A DNA stretch of 34,684 nt, taken from NCBI GenBank assembly GCA_022813865.1, contig JALDZX010000109.1, forward strand, positions 1-34,684. Reading direction: 5' to 3'. A program made the position numbers and the translations under genes. This stretch comes from Xylographa opegraphella. Lineage: Eukaryota. Shown piece after piece: positions 1 to 12,405 of the stretch. Within the stretch, counting starts at the first letter, position 1; every line of letters starts with the position of its first letter. The notes under the pieces are model-generated. The model had not been told where the DNA came from. It did no database searches and saw nothing but the letters and a program-made list of their open reading frames with translations.

Positions 1-83
1 TCCTAACCGCTTTCAAACTAGCCTGAGTCCCGGGTGCGCTTTAGTCCCGTTCCGTCTATCACTTATTAAGGTGCCATGTAACA
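1..83. repeat. End of a young, un-RIPped LTR inserted into the gypsy pol 5' region
   Basis: About 50% GC with CpA/TpG intact, ending TGTAACA at 77-83, then a switch to RIPped AT-rich sequence. The other end is outside the window. Confidence 0.6.
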
Positions 84-199
84 CGCCGTTACAATTTTCA
101 ACTTTAAACTAAATTTAAATAATAATGATCGACGAGTCATCAAGAAAGGAAAACAAACGATATATAAAATCATTTCCTGTTATGATTCATTAATATTAT

Positions 200-3100
200 A
201 AAGAAATAATTTTTAATATAATTATTATAGCCAGGTATTATATTATTTTAATTTTATTTTAATGGATTAAATATAACGTATTTTTAAACTGGGATAAAAA
301 AGTATTTATTAAGAAGTATATTAATCGCGTTATTAATATATATTTTATATATCGATAAAGAACGGTAGTAAATAAAAAAATCGAAAATCGAATAAAATTA
401 TAAAAATTTTATTTTCGAATAAGAACGATTTTACTTAAGGGTTCGACTCGATATATATTAATAAAGGTTAGCAGAGCAAATTAAATCAGAGTTTGAAAAG
501 AAGTAACGTATCTTTCAATATCCCTACAAAATATAAAATATAAACATGGCTTTTTTAAAAAGAGAAAGAGTTTAATACTTTATTTAAGTATCAATTTTAA
601 GACTATGAAATCAACATCGAATCAGGAAAAAGCCAACATTTCTATTTATATAAAATATGTTAAAAAAAGAACTTCGAGAGCTACGCAAATATATAAATAA
701 AAATTTAAAGAAAGAATTTATAATAAAATTAAAACTTTTAGCAGAATATTTCGTGATATTTATGTTTAAGAAAAACGAAAATTTGAGATCTTGCATTGAT
801 TATCAAAAGTTAAACAATATTATTATTAAAAATCGATATTCTTTACCAAAAATTAGCGAAATACGAAACAAATTTATTAAAATAAATATTTTTATCAAGC
901 TTGATCTTAAAGGCGTATACAATTTAATCAAAATAAAAAACTGCATTTCAAAACAAATATAAATACTACGAGTATTAAATTATATTTTTTAAATTAATTA
1001 ATGCACTAGCTATTTATTAAACATTAATTAGTAGCGTAATAAAAATACAGTTGAATTTAACAATAGTAGTTTATTTAAACGATATATTTACTTACTCGAA
1101 ATCAGTAGAGAAATTTGTAAGATATATACAGAAAATACTTACATATTTAGAAAAAGCAGAATTGCTTTTTAAATCAGAAAAATGTAAATTCGGCAAGGAC
1201 GAAGTAGTTTTTCTGGGATTTATAATTAATGAAAATAAAATCAAAATAAACTCAGAAAAAATACGAGCCATATTTAAATGACTTTAATTAGTAACAACAA
1301 AAGAAATCTTGGAATTTTTAAACTTTACAAACTTTAACAGAATTTTCATTGAAAAATATTTTAAAAAAGCGATACCTTTAACGAATCTAATATATAAAAA
1401 TACAATTTCATCAAGAACTCGAACCAACAACGAGCCTTTGAAATTTTGAAGAAAAATTATATAAAGTTACCAGTTTTAACAATATTTTAAGTAAAAGAAT
1501 CTGCAAGAATGAAAACAGACGCATTAAATTTAGCCATAAAAATATATTTACTGTAAATATAAAATGGGAAATAGCACTCTTTTGTATATTTTTTTAAGAA
1601 AAATATTATAAATAAAACAAAACTATCATATTCACGACAAGGAACTACTCGCTATAATAATATTTATTCAAAACTAAAAAGTATATACAGAAAGTTGCTC
1701 AAAATGTACTATTTATATAAATTATAAAAATTTATTAAGTTTTACTACGACAAAAGTACTCAATAGAAAATAAATACGATGGGCAGAACTTTTTTAAAAT
1801 AATACAAATTCAAAATTATATATATATCAGGCAAAGACAATGGGAGAGCAAATTCATTTAGTAGAAAAAAGAATTTAATAAATAAAAAATTAATGAATAA
1901 AGCATTGTTATAAAGAAATAGCGATAAAGCTTTTATTTTTACAAGACAAATCGCCGTTTTCGAAATAAAAACGATTGCAAAAAACCTGACAGGGCTATTA
2001 GCAGAGAAAATAAATAAATATTATAGTAATAAATCAACGAATGGCCACTCAGAAATTATTATAACAATAAAATTTATAAGAAAAAACTATGAATTCCCGA
2101 ACATAAAAAAGTATGTAAAGAAATATATCAAAAAAGACGTATTGTGTTAAAAGAATAAATTAATAAGGCATGCAGTATATAAAAACATTCAATTTTCAAA
2201 CGTTTTGAAGAAATCATAGGAATAAATTTTAGTTAACTTTATTACAAAATTTTAAAGTTAAAAAATTTAACTAAAGAACTGAAATATAATTCGATAATAA
2301 TATTTATAAATAAATCTATCAAATACTCAATTATCGTACCTTTTAAAAAATATTTATAATAAAATAACTCGCTTTTCTCTTATTGAACAGGTTAATAAAA
2401 GATTATAGATTTTAGCAGAAATAATATTTAAAAAAATAAAACGTTTATATTAAACTTTTAAAAAACTTTAATATTTAAATTAAAAGTTAAATTAAAGATA
2501 TTAATCGCTTATTACTTATAAATAAATAATTAAACGAAAAAAATGAATCAAAGTTTGAAAGTGTATGTACGACACTTTATTAACTTTAAAAAATATTATT
2601 ATTACCGTTGAAACAATTGGCACTAAACGATAAATAATTTGTAAAAACAAGAATATCGCCTTTTTCGTAAATATAAAACGACATTCAGAATTGTTAAAGA
2701 TAAAAGATCAAAATTTTAATATTGATAAAATAACAATATTAATTAAAGATTTGAAAAATACACATAAAGCGTTATTTAAAAAATTAATAAAATAACAAGA
2801 AAATTGCTACTGCAAGATATAAAAATGTAAAGAATGAACCTTAATTTAAAAAAAGGAATAAAGTATATTTTTTTTACTAAGAATTTAACAATCATCAAGA
2901 ATCGAATCAAGAAGTTTAATTATAACAAAATCGAATCATTTTTGATCAAGTAAATTAAAAAACTAATTAATTACCTTCTCCATCTGCCAAAAAATGCGAA
3001 AATATATTTAGTATTTTATATTTTATTGCTAAAACCAGTAAACGCAAATATTTTATTACAAACAACCTTTCGGTACAATAAAAGAAAAGAACAGGAATTA

Positions 3101-3322
3101 AAAGTAAAGAAAATCCTGGACAAGCAAAGTCAGAACTATTTAATTAAATAAAAGAAATACCCAGAATTAAATAATATTTAAAAATCACTTACTAGCCTTG
3201 AAAACTACCAGGAATTTTTTTAATAATATTATTAAACAGAGCTAAAATCTCGAAAGGAAAAGCTTTTAAAGTCCCAGGAGAAAAGAAAGAAAGAGAAAAG
3301 ACCTCGAAGAAATCGTTGGTAA
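200..3322 (+). pseudogene. pol: pol polyprotein relic (protease end, RT, RNase H, integrase, chromodomain)
   Basis: RT: LRSCIDYQKLNNIIIKNRYSLP and KLDLKGVYNLI (ORF 657-962), YLND (=YLDD) at 1072-1083. RNase H: TDA ~1515, NYHIHDKELLAII 1621-1659, GKDNGRANSFSR ~1830-1865. Integrase zinc-finger GH at ~2043. Probable natural stop TAA at 3320-3322. Confidence 0.93.
3095..3230 (+). other. Chromodomain-coding segment at the integrase C-terminus
   Basis: Reads ELKVKKILDKQSQNYLIK*KKYPELNNI*KSLTSL, matching E(Y)xVExILD...YLIKWKGY....TWEP with both TGG codons changed to TAA. Confidence 0.85.
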
Positions 3323-3352
3323 GGGTTTTCGCTTTTTAACGTTTATTATTTT

Positions 3353-3700
3353 TCAGGGCTTCGATGTTAAATATTTTACGTTGGAAAATATCTTTCGTTC
3401 CTCGTCCTTAATATTTAAAAGACGACGTTTTTTACGACCAAGAGCCTTTTTGAATTTAATTATTCGGCGTTTTATTTTATTCTTTCGTTTTTTTAAATCA
3501 CGACGATCGGCCTCAATAACAATCGAAGAATAATAAACTTTAACGTTAATATAATTTGCGCAGAACTTCGATATTAAAAAGATCTCGTAAAACAAATATT
3601 TCTTAATACAGCGATCGCAAGAATATATCGTGAACTTTCCTTTATTACGAATACTATGCGATTGAATCTTTCAACGTTGAGTATTGATTAATTTATATTT
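3353..3700 (-). pseudogene. Antisense accessory ORF of element A: Zn(II)2Cys6-like cluster plus basic coiled coil
   Basis: Frame of ORF 3353..3595 extended upstream reads SCDRC-IKKYLF-Y-EIFLISKF-CAN-Y-INVKVY-Y. The three Tyr (TAC/TAT) fall at Cys positions of C-x2-C-x6-C-x8-C-x2-C-x6-C. Followed by RRDLKKRKNKIKRRIIKFKKALGRKKRRLLNIKDEERKIF. Start position approximate. Confidence 0.7.
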
Positions 3701-3763
3701 TAATATAATATAAAAAAGCTGGTAAAATTCTTTCGAAAGCAAGAATCTGGCGAAGGGAGTTAG

Positions 3764-4122
3764 TAATAAAATTCTGACCAATGTTGTATAAAATAAAAAT
3801 CCGGGGGATTTTATTTCGAATGCCTTTTCTGTCTTCTCAAAAGGTATAAAAATATAATTTCTTTGCCTTAATGGCCTTCTCGAAAGGCATGGGAGGCATT
3901 TTAAAATAAAACTTTTATATAAAATGAAGGGTTTCCTGTATTATACAAAACGTATTCAACTCATGTCATAATTTTAAATTAGTGAATTTTAATATAATAC
4001 TGTACGAAAATTATTACTCTTGAAAAACGATTAATCTGTTACGATGTTTTTTTATTTATTCATTGACGAATTCAATTTAAATCCTTAATCGAATTATACT
4101 AATGAGAAGCAGAATCGTAATA
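3764..4122 (+). repeat. 3' LTR of element A (LTR family A)
   Basis: Follows the purine tract GGCGAAGGGAGTTAG. TA...TA ends are RIPped TG...CA. Homologous to 28106-28427 and to 16389-16450 (reverse). Confidence 0.88.
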
Positions 4123-7100
4123 AAACGAAGTCGATAACAGCTTATTCGAAAGCATTTTACGTAATAAATTCAACGTTTATTATTCCGGCGGTAAACACGC
4201 GTTTTTTTACGAAATAGAATTATTTATTGAAATTCTTTATATTATAAAATTAAACTTTTTATTTTTAAATATTATAACGTCGCTGTAAAAATTAATTTAT
4301 ACATTTATTACTAATCGCGCAGCGAGTTAAAGGCTTTCGTATTCTTTACAAAAGTTTATTAATAAAAGTTAGCGAATATTACGATTACAAAATTTCATTT
4401 ATAAGTTTTTTTAACATATTTATAACGTTTATTATACGTAACGAATAACTTTTCGTTTGATAAATAATAAAGTTCGAATAGAATTTCGAACGTTCGAATT
4501 TTAAATTAAATTTCGTTTAATTATTTATTGAACGAATAATAATTGCTATTAAATTTTAAAACTTTATGGCGATTTATAAATTATTTAAATAATATTAATA
4601 TTAAATTTTTGATTACGCCGGTCGGGATCGAATTGATTCTTTATTTTTTACAGTTAACGGAGTAAATTTTATGAAAAATATATATTTAAAGCGTTAACAG
4701 CGAATTACTATAGATCGTACGCGCTGGCGAAGTTAAAGCGAATTATTTAAAAATAAAAAAGTAACGATATAAACCTTGTTAAATTAAGTTATTATAGATA
4801 TAATTTATTTTAATCAAATATTTAATACAAACTAATATTTACTGTATACCGCGGATTTTGAAATCAATTTTTTAATTTAATAAACTTTACTTTTAATAAA
4901 ATTTAAATTACTTTATTTATATTTTTATGGATTTATATCAATTCTTTAATAAAATAAAGAAAAGTCTTCGAATTCTCTATACAAATTAAAACTCGTTAAT
5001 TCGATTTATTTTTAAATATATTTTGTAAAATTCGAAGTTTCGTAGTAATTTTTAGCGCTTAAAACCCAAGTTTAAAATTTAACAAACAAAAACTAAAATT
5101 ATCGTAACTATTATAATTAAAACAATAAAGATTTAAGCGAATTTATTTTAAAATTTATAGTTTAAAATCGTGGCCGTCGCGACGTATATTTTCAATGAAC
5201 TTTGAATCGAAAAAAGTAAAAAACGCCGTTCGAGCTCGCCACGAGTTGAAAATCAATAATCATTTATTTTCGTATTTATAAATATCGTATATATATAATA
5301 AATAATAGAACCTTAATAAAATTTTAAAAACTACGCGATGGAGTTTATATTAAATATTTTATGAATTAAAATTTTACGAATATTTTTCGAATTTAAATTT
5401 TAGATAAAATTTTTATTGTTCGAAACCGCGATATCGTTTTTGACGAAAGATTTTTGTTTATTTTAAAAAAATTAATATAACGACAATAAACCTAATTAAT
5501 TAAATAATTATTGCGCTCGAGAACGAAATTATAAATTAATTTAACGAATTTTTTAAAACGATATAAAAAAGCGAAAACGTATTCGCCGACGTATTTAACA
5601 AAATGAACAAAATGAACAAAATTAACAAAATGAACAAAATTAACAAAATTAACAAAATTAACAAAATTAACAAAATTAACAAAATTAACAAAATTAACAA
5701 AATGAACAAAATTAACAAAATTAGCAAAATTAACAAAATTAACAAAATTAACAAAATTAACAAAATGAGCAAAATGAACAAAATTAACAAAATTAACAAA
5801 ATTCATATATTAAAAAGTAACGGCAAATTTCCTAATTAAAATTAATAAAATATATTTTATAAAACGGTAAAAGATATCGCAATGATTAAAATAAAGAAAT
5901 TTTTGCCGCAAAATTACGAAATAATTAAATTAACCACGAATTTATTTATCAGAATATCGATTTTGGCAACCGAATTTTTACAAAGCGAATTTTCTTTACA
6001 TTAATTTTTTATAGTTAATTTTAAACCGCGTATAATTAGTATTTAGTAAAGCGAAACTAATAACGATTTTACTTTTAATATTTAACGTATTTATATATAC
6101 TTAACAATAGTATTAAATAATAAAAAAACTTCTTAACTAAATTTTTAATAAATAATTCTTTATACAAAGATTTACTAGCGAGATATTTAACGAAATTAAT
6201 ATAATAATTTATTATTCAAAAATTTATTATTCGTAAGTTATTTAAAAATTAGATACTGTTTTTGCTATAAAAGTTCGACGGTTTAAATATTAAAGTTAAA
6301 AAACGTAATAAATTAATTTTAAATAACGTAATTTATAATAAAGAAACGATATCGCGTAGTCGATATGGTAGCCGCGGTCGTATTTAATTAACAATATTAT
6401 TATTTAATAATAATTTTATTAATATTTATAATACTATTAATCGATATTATTACTAAAAAAAGTTATGAAAAGAAAATCGTGCATTTTAAATTTAGATACT
6501 AAAATTAAATTAAGAGATATAAATTCTACGACTTATAATTAAAATTAATAAAAAAATAAAGCAAATTTTAAAATAAAAAAACCAAAAAATAAATAAAAAT
6601 CGACGGCGTCGAAAAAGGGAATTAAATTATACCTTTAACCTAAATGTTCAAGAACAAAATCGACGAATTTGAATAATTAATTAATTAAAAAAATAAAATG
6701 TGCGTACGAAAGGATTTACAAACAATTAATAAAAAAATATACGTTTTTATTCTAATATTTAAGGTATTGTAACTGCTCGTTATTTTAATGATTGATTTTA
6801 ATTTTAAAATTTAATAAATCGACGTCGTTAATATTTTTTTAAATTTACAGTTTAATTATCGAATATACGTTAAATCTTAAAACGGGTACGAACGTTCGAG
6901 TTTTATATTTTTTTAAAGTTTTTTACGAGTTAAAAAAGTTATTTTATTTATAATAATAAATTTTTACTGTAATTTTGAAGGGAGTTGATTTGTATTCGAT
7001 TCTCGGCATCGATTGTTTATTTTATAATAAAAAGGTTTTCGTTTTTTCGTCGATAATATAATATTAACGTATTTTAAAATTTATAAAAAAGCGTAATAAA

Positions 7101-8040
7101 TCAAGAACGAATTTACCTTAATTTACGAATTGAAATTTTTTAAAAAGTTTAATTAATTTTTAAATATTTACGTATAGTAAAATCGATTTAAAAAACTCGC
7201 CTGGCTGTCGCGGATGTAGTACGTTTTAAAAGTAATATATATATTCGCTATTTGCTCTATTATAAAAAGAGTTTTATTTTAATACTCGATGATATTATTT
7301 TTACGGCCAATCAGAACAAGGTTATTGTTTAAAAATATTAATAATTTAATAAAAAATCGAATTTATAAATTTTGCAGGAATTAATATAAAATTCAACGTC
7401 GTAAAACCAGTTTTAGTATCTATTTTAAAAAGTTAAAATTTAAATAAAAAGTATTTATACGCAGCGAATCATCGCATTTGATATTTTTTAAACATTAAAA
7501 ATTTCTACTTAATTTTTAATAAATTTATTAAGTTTATTATCGTTTATTAAAACGAGTTTAGAATCGTTTTGAACATATCGTTTAACGATAACGCAGAAAA
7601 TTGAATTAATTTGAAGGCTGGCTTTTATTTTTATTTAATAAAATTATTAATTAAAAAGTTATTAAGCAATAAACAATTACTATATTAATTATTAAAGTAG
7701 AATTTCTGTCGTTATCGTACTTGAAAGATAAATAATATAAATAAAAAACCCTTTTAACGACAATTTACGAATTTTTTGCGATAATGTATAAATTGTTTAA
7801 ATCGTTAAAAAGTAATTTTATAAACTCGAAATTAAATTTCCGATTTAAATTTCCAATAATTGATAATATATTAAATATTTAAAAATAAATTGATTAATTT
7901 TTAAAAAAGAAAAATATATTAATTTGTGATTCAGCTTAATTTAAAACCTGTTGGCGAAATATAATTAATCGTTAAAAAATTAACAAAAAAATAAATCGAT
8001 AATAATAATTATAATAAAAAGATAATAAAATTTATAGTAT
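4123..8040 (+). mobile_element. Ty1/copia pol relic (integrase-RT-RNase H), RIPped; probably the host of element A
   Basis: ANLFKNL*FKIVAVATY (~5137-5190, =ANLP.NLWPE), NRDIVFDE 5424-5447, IPLT*MFK ~6628, CVRKDLQ ~6699 (=CVRGDLQ), IDVVNIF ~6818, FVDN 7046-7057 (=YVDD), KQ*TITILIIKVE ~7665 (=KQ.TVTTSTTEAE), CDN ~7777. Integrase precedes RT. Confidence 0.88.
5595..5803. repeat. 9-bp minisatellite (AAAATTAAC/AAAATGAAC)n, ~23 units
   Basis: Directly visible. Lies in the copia integrase-RT linker and produces the spurious ORFs 5492-5806, 5536-5799 and 5603-5839. Confidence 0.95.
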
Positions 8041-8231
8041 TGTTAAATATATACGTAGATTATAAAAATACGCTAAAACGTTAAAATTATAAAATTTAAA
8101 GAGGTGCATTGCAGGCGAAGCCGCTAACGATTTATTGTATTGTATTAATAAACGACCTGCTCGATTCGATACGAAATATTACGAAGGTTTATCAGCAAAA
8201 AGAATTCTTGCTTAAAATCCAAGGTTTTACA

Positions 8232-8758
8232 GGTCGGTCAAAAAGTATGCTTTTTGCGCATTTAACACGTTTAGCACGTTCAGTACAAAAAGCAAATATT
8301 TTTGCTTTTTGCTCTTTTAGTAAATATTTTTTATATTTAAAATACGTTTTTAATACGTTTTTGATGCCTTTTTAAAATAAAGCTAAAATGACTAAAAATA
8401 GAATAAATTATAAAGTTTTAAATTAACGAGTATTATTCGTAAATATTCGTTAACGCTGTAACTTTATGAATATTCAACGTAATTTAAATTCTTTAACGGA
8501 TTTGGATTTTTTACGTAAAATTGAACTAATTACGGATATATATTGCCTATATAAGCCAAGTAGGGGGCCTGCTGAAAGGGATTTAAATGACATATTTCGA
8601 AAAAAAAGTTCTTAGTCAGTTTTTATCTATTTTTAATAATTTTTAAATATATTTTTTAAGCGAATTAATCATTTTGGGACTTTTTTCAATTTTGAATAGA
8701 AAAGTTGCTAAACGTGCTGAACGTGTTGAATACGCAAAAGTATACTTTTTGATCGAAT
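8232..8758. mobile_element. Inverted-repeat-bounded segment, MITE-like or a DNA transposon end
   Basis: GTCGGTCAAAAAGTATGCTTTTTGCGCATTTAACACGTTTAGCACGTTCAG (~8233-8283) matches the reverse complement of ~8707-8757, differing mostly by transitions. No TSD resolved. Confidence 0.55.
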
Positions 8759-10669
8759 TTTCGTTTTTCCTTTTTGCTAATATTCGAGTACCGAAAAAGG
8801 GCTTTCGCCCGTTTGAACAAGTATTTTATATATTCGTAAACCATTACATAGTATTTACAATATGATCACGTTTTTTACACATTGTATTACTTTGTATTGT
8901 GATAATTATTGATTATTATATTAATAATTAATAAAATAATAAAATTAAACGTTTAACCCGAGGCAAACTTAATTTTGTTTAATAATTATATAAAATTGAT
9001 TTAATAATAAATAGCGAAACAGTTTGATTGACGATTTATTAAAAAGAAATACGAAATTTTTTAAAAAATATATGAATAATCGAAACTTGAAAAACATAAT
9101 AATAATAATATAATATTAATCAAAAACTTAACTAATTATTATATAATTATATAATTATATCGGGCAGTAACGAGGTTATATAATAATTAAAATTTAAAAT
9201 ATCGTAAATAGCTATTACGATTTTTAATATATAACTTATATTTAAATTATATTGTTAAATTGTTACAAAACGACAATTTTGCGTACGAAAATTAGAAAAT
9301 CGTAAATTTTAATATATTATTTATATTTAAACGATTTTTTATTAATAAATACTATATAATTATAGTAATTAATTTTAACACTATCGCGAATATATTTCGA
9401 TTGAATTACCGCCCTGTATGATACGAGTTTTACTTAGTCTTTAATTAATTACGAACTGATTTTACCTCTGATTAAACTTTATATATAATAAATTATAAAT
9501 ATATTAAGACCTAGTTATTTACGGTTATTTTGAATTAAACTTTATAACATTTATAATTAGTACTAATCGTTTTTAAATTATAATTAATTTGCAATCAGTT
9601 TTTGACCGGTTTTTAATTTATATTATTATTTATTAATATTCAATTATAAGTTTCTTAATTTAATACTTTAAAAAATGTATTAATCAAGTAATTAAAATAA
9701 TTATTAATTATAACTAAGCAAGCCAGTTTTGTATTTATTAAAATATATATAAACCTTTGATATACTTTATGCTTATAATACTGTAAATTATTAAATAACA
9801 ATAAAAGCTTAATACAGTTATTTATATTTAAATATAATTAAAAATTATAAAATATTACGCTAAATACTTAATAAATTATAAATAAAAATTCGTTTGAATT
9901 TTTATTAGCAATTTAATTTAGTAAAGCCCTTTATCGTTAATTTATTACATATTTAATAAATCTAAATTCGATTTTATTTATTATTATTATTATTATCGAT
10001 ATTTAAACCATCGATATTTTTATTCTTTTGATTTAAATCGATATTTTGATTTCGTAATTCCGATTATTAATAATACTCAAATTAAAACATTTCTCGTTAT
10101 TAATTATTATAAATTTTTAATTCAAATTTTGATCCTAATTTCGATTCTGATTCAAATGTTAATCGTAATTTTAATTTTAATTCTCGTTTTCGTTTTATTT
10201 TTTATTTTCGTACTAATTCTCGTTAAAGTTTTTATTTTGCTTCGTCTTCGATTTTGAGTTTTGAGTGTATTTTTATATTATACTTATTTTTCAACAATTA
10301 ACTATACTACGATTGTTACCTTGTAGCGAAACAGATTTAAAACGTTATATAAAATTTTTAATATTAATTTTAAAATTTCAATTATTATTCAAATTAAAAT
10401 AATTAATTAAAAATCGTAAACATATTTCATTTTATTTTAAAAGATTCTCAACTTTAAATCTCTTAAATATTTTTATAGTATAAAGAAAATTAAATCGTAA
10501 CTTGCGATATAAACTTGTAAATTTCATTATATTAGTATTTTAAAAGTATATTTCTACGATAATTATTATAGGATAAATAATATAGATTTAAATTAACATA
10601 TTTATATAAATTAACGATCGACTCCAATATATTTCAAAATAAAATATATAGTAATAAATAAAAGTCGAA

Positions 10670-10940
10670 GTTTATAACAATAAAAATTAATTCCATAATA
10701 ATAAAAATTAATTTTATAGCAATAAAAGTTAATTTTATCACAGTAAAAATTAATTTTATGATAACAAGAGTTATTTCTATAGCAGCAAAAGTCAATTTTA
10801 TAGCAGTAAAAATCATTTTTATAACAGTAAAAGTCATTTTTACAGCAGCAAAAATGTAGCAGCCAAAGAATTTTGTAGCAGTAAAAACATAATAATAAGA
10901 AAGTTTTGTAACAGTAATAATTAAAATTACAACAACGGTA
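10670..10940. repeat. Degenerate 21-bp tandem repeat (heptad periodicity if coding)
   Basis: Units such as ATAGCAGTAAAAATCATTTTT; the minus-strand ORFs 10611-10955 and 10634-10972 show 7-aa periodicity. Confidence 0.8.
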
Positions 10941-10944
10941 ATTT

Positions 10945-11045
10945 TTATAATACAAATAAATTTATAATACAAATAAATTCATAATACAAATAAATTCATA
11001 ATACAAATAAATTTATAAAATAAATAAATTTATAATATAAATAAA
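10945..11045. repeat. 18-bp tandem repeat (ATAATACAAATAAATTT/C)n
   Basis: About 5 units directly visible. Confidence 0.85.
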
Positions 11046-12304
11046 AGTATTGAATATTAATATAATTTACAGTACAACCATTTTTTTTCTATTCGAATTA
11101 TATTATTAAAATTTATTACTAACGTAACGACTTTAAGTATAAAATTTCAATCAATAAAATTGAAATTCCTCTATTAAAATTTTTTCAAATTTCATAAAAA
11201 TTTTAATCTTTGAAGCGGTAAAAAATTAAATTAAAAAAATATTGCTAATGAATACTTCGACGCTATCGTAGAATTTTTTTAATAATTTAAAAATATTTTT
11301 TAGCCTTTTTTTTCGCTTTTTATTAAAATTTACAGTTTTTTTATATTAATAAATATTATTTTAATAGCTTTTTTAAATTTAATATTATTTAATTAATATA
11401 AAAATACTTATCGATTGTTAATCTTTAAACGTTTTAATATTGAATATATCGCAATTTTCTTTAATTTTCTTTCATTTTTAATATTTAAAGTCAAGTTACT
11501 GCTGCTATTTATTATATTTTTTTTGTAATTTTAACCTTTTATTATTTATTTTTTTATTAACTGAAAAAAAACGCTTTTTAAATCTTTTAAGTAATATAAA
11601 CTGTCTAAAAGGTTAAAATTAAAAACGCGATTAAAATAATATTAATACATTAAGCAATATTTCAATGAACGCGAAAATTTATATTTATAAATATTTAATA
11701 AGTATTCAATAAACATTTAATAAGTATTCAATAAACATTTAATCAAAAATTAATAAAAATTGATGAAAAATTAATAAAAATTTACCCAAAATTTAATAAA
11801 AATTTAACAAACATTTAATAAAGTTTTTATAAGCTATTTAACTTTTGCTCGAATTGATTAAAACTTTATTTAAAACAAGGTTTTATTTTTATACGCTTTT
11901 TAAAAAAGTTTCGCTATTGATTAAATCTATTTTTTAAATAACTTTCAACGTTTTAATATTTACAATATTTCAATTAAATATGGACGGTATAATTAAAAAC
12001 TTATTTAAAATATAAAAATATCATTTTTTGAAATCCCTGCGTATTAAAATCGATTTAATAAAAATTTTTTTTACGAATTTTATTTTTATTTGTCGATCTT
12101 CAGGCTACAAATTCGTCTCGTAAAAATTATATTAAAATAATTTAATTTATAATCGAACGATAAAAAGTTTAAATTTATTCAACTTTTTTCTGGGAATATA
12201 TTAAATATTTAATTTATAAAGGAAACGAGGAAAACTTGCGAATTTTAATTTTTTAAGTATTTGACAAGAACGAAATATTATATTATACTATATTATTAAC
12301 GACG

Positions 12305-12405
12305 TTAACGTCGTGATTCATTAACGTCGTGATTCATTAACGTCGTGATTCATTAACGTCGTGATTCATTAACGTCGTGATTAATTAACGTCGTGATTCA
12401 TTAAC
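12305..12405. repeat. 16-bp tandem repeat (TTAACGTCGTGATTCA)n, ~6 units
   Basis: Near-perfect units directly visible. Confidence 0.95.

Larger units (their letters stand above)
84..4122 (+). mobile_element. Ty3/gypsy chromovirus LTR retrotransposon (element A), RIP-inactivated, 5' part outside window
   Basis: Domain order RT-RNaseH-integrase-chromodomain, then a purine-rich tract (3749-3763) and a 3' LTR (3764-4122). Confidence 0.92.

Noticed and set aside
4710..4735. TRW motif resembling hAT transposase TRWNS
   Set aside because: It lies within a coherent copia integrase region, so it is probably coincidental.
5492..5839. Three overlapping ORFs (FVN, LIL and NKI repeats)
   Set aside because: Artefacts of a 9-bp minisatellite lacking stops in those frames.
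6640..6670. VQEQNRR resembling RecQ helicase motif VI
   Set aside because: Another frame gives the copia RT motifs IPLT*MFK and CVRKDLQ.
8109..8865. ORFs 8109-8375 and 8674-8865
   Set aside because: They overlap the inverted-repeat arms, use TTG starts and show no recognisable domain.
12305..12405. CRISPR-like array
   Set aside because: Repeats are contiguous with no spacers, and the context is eukaryotic.
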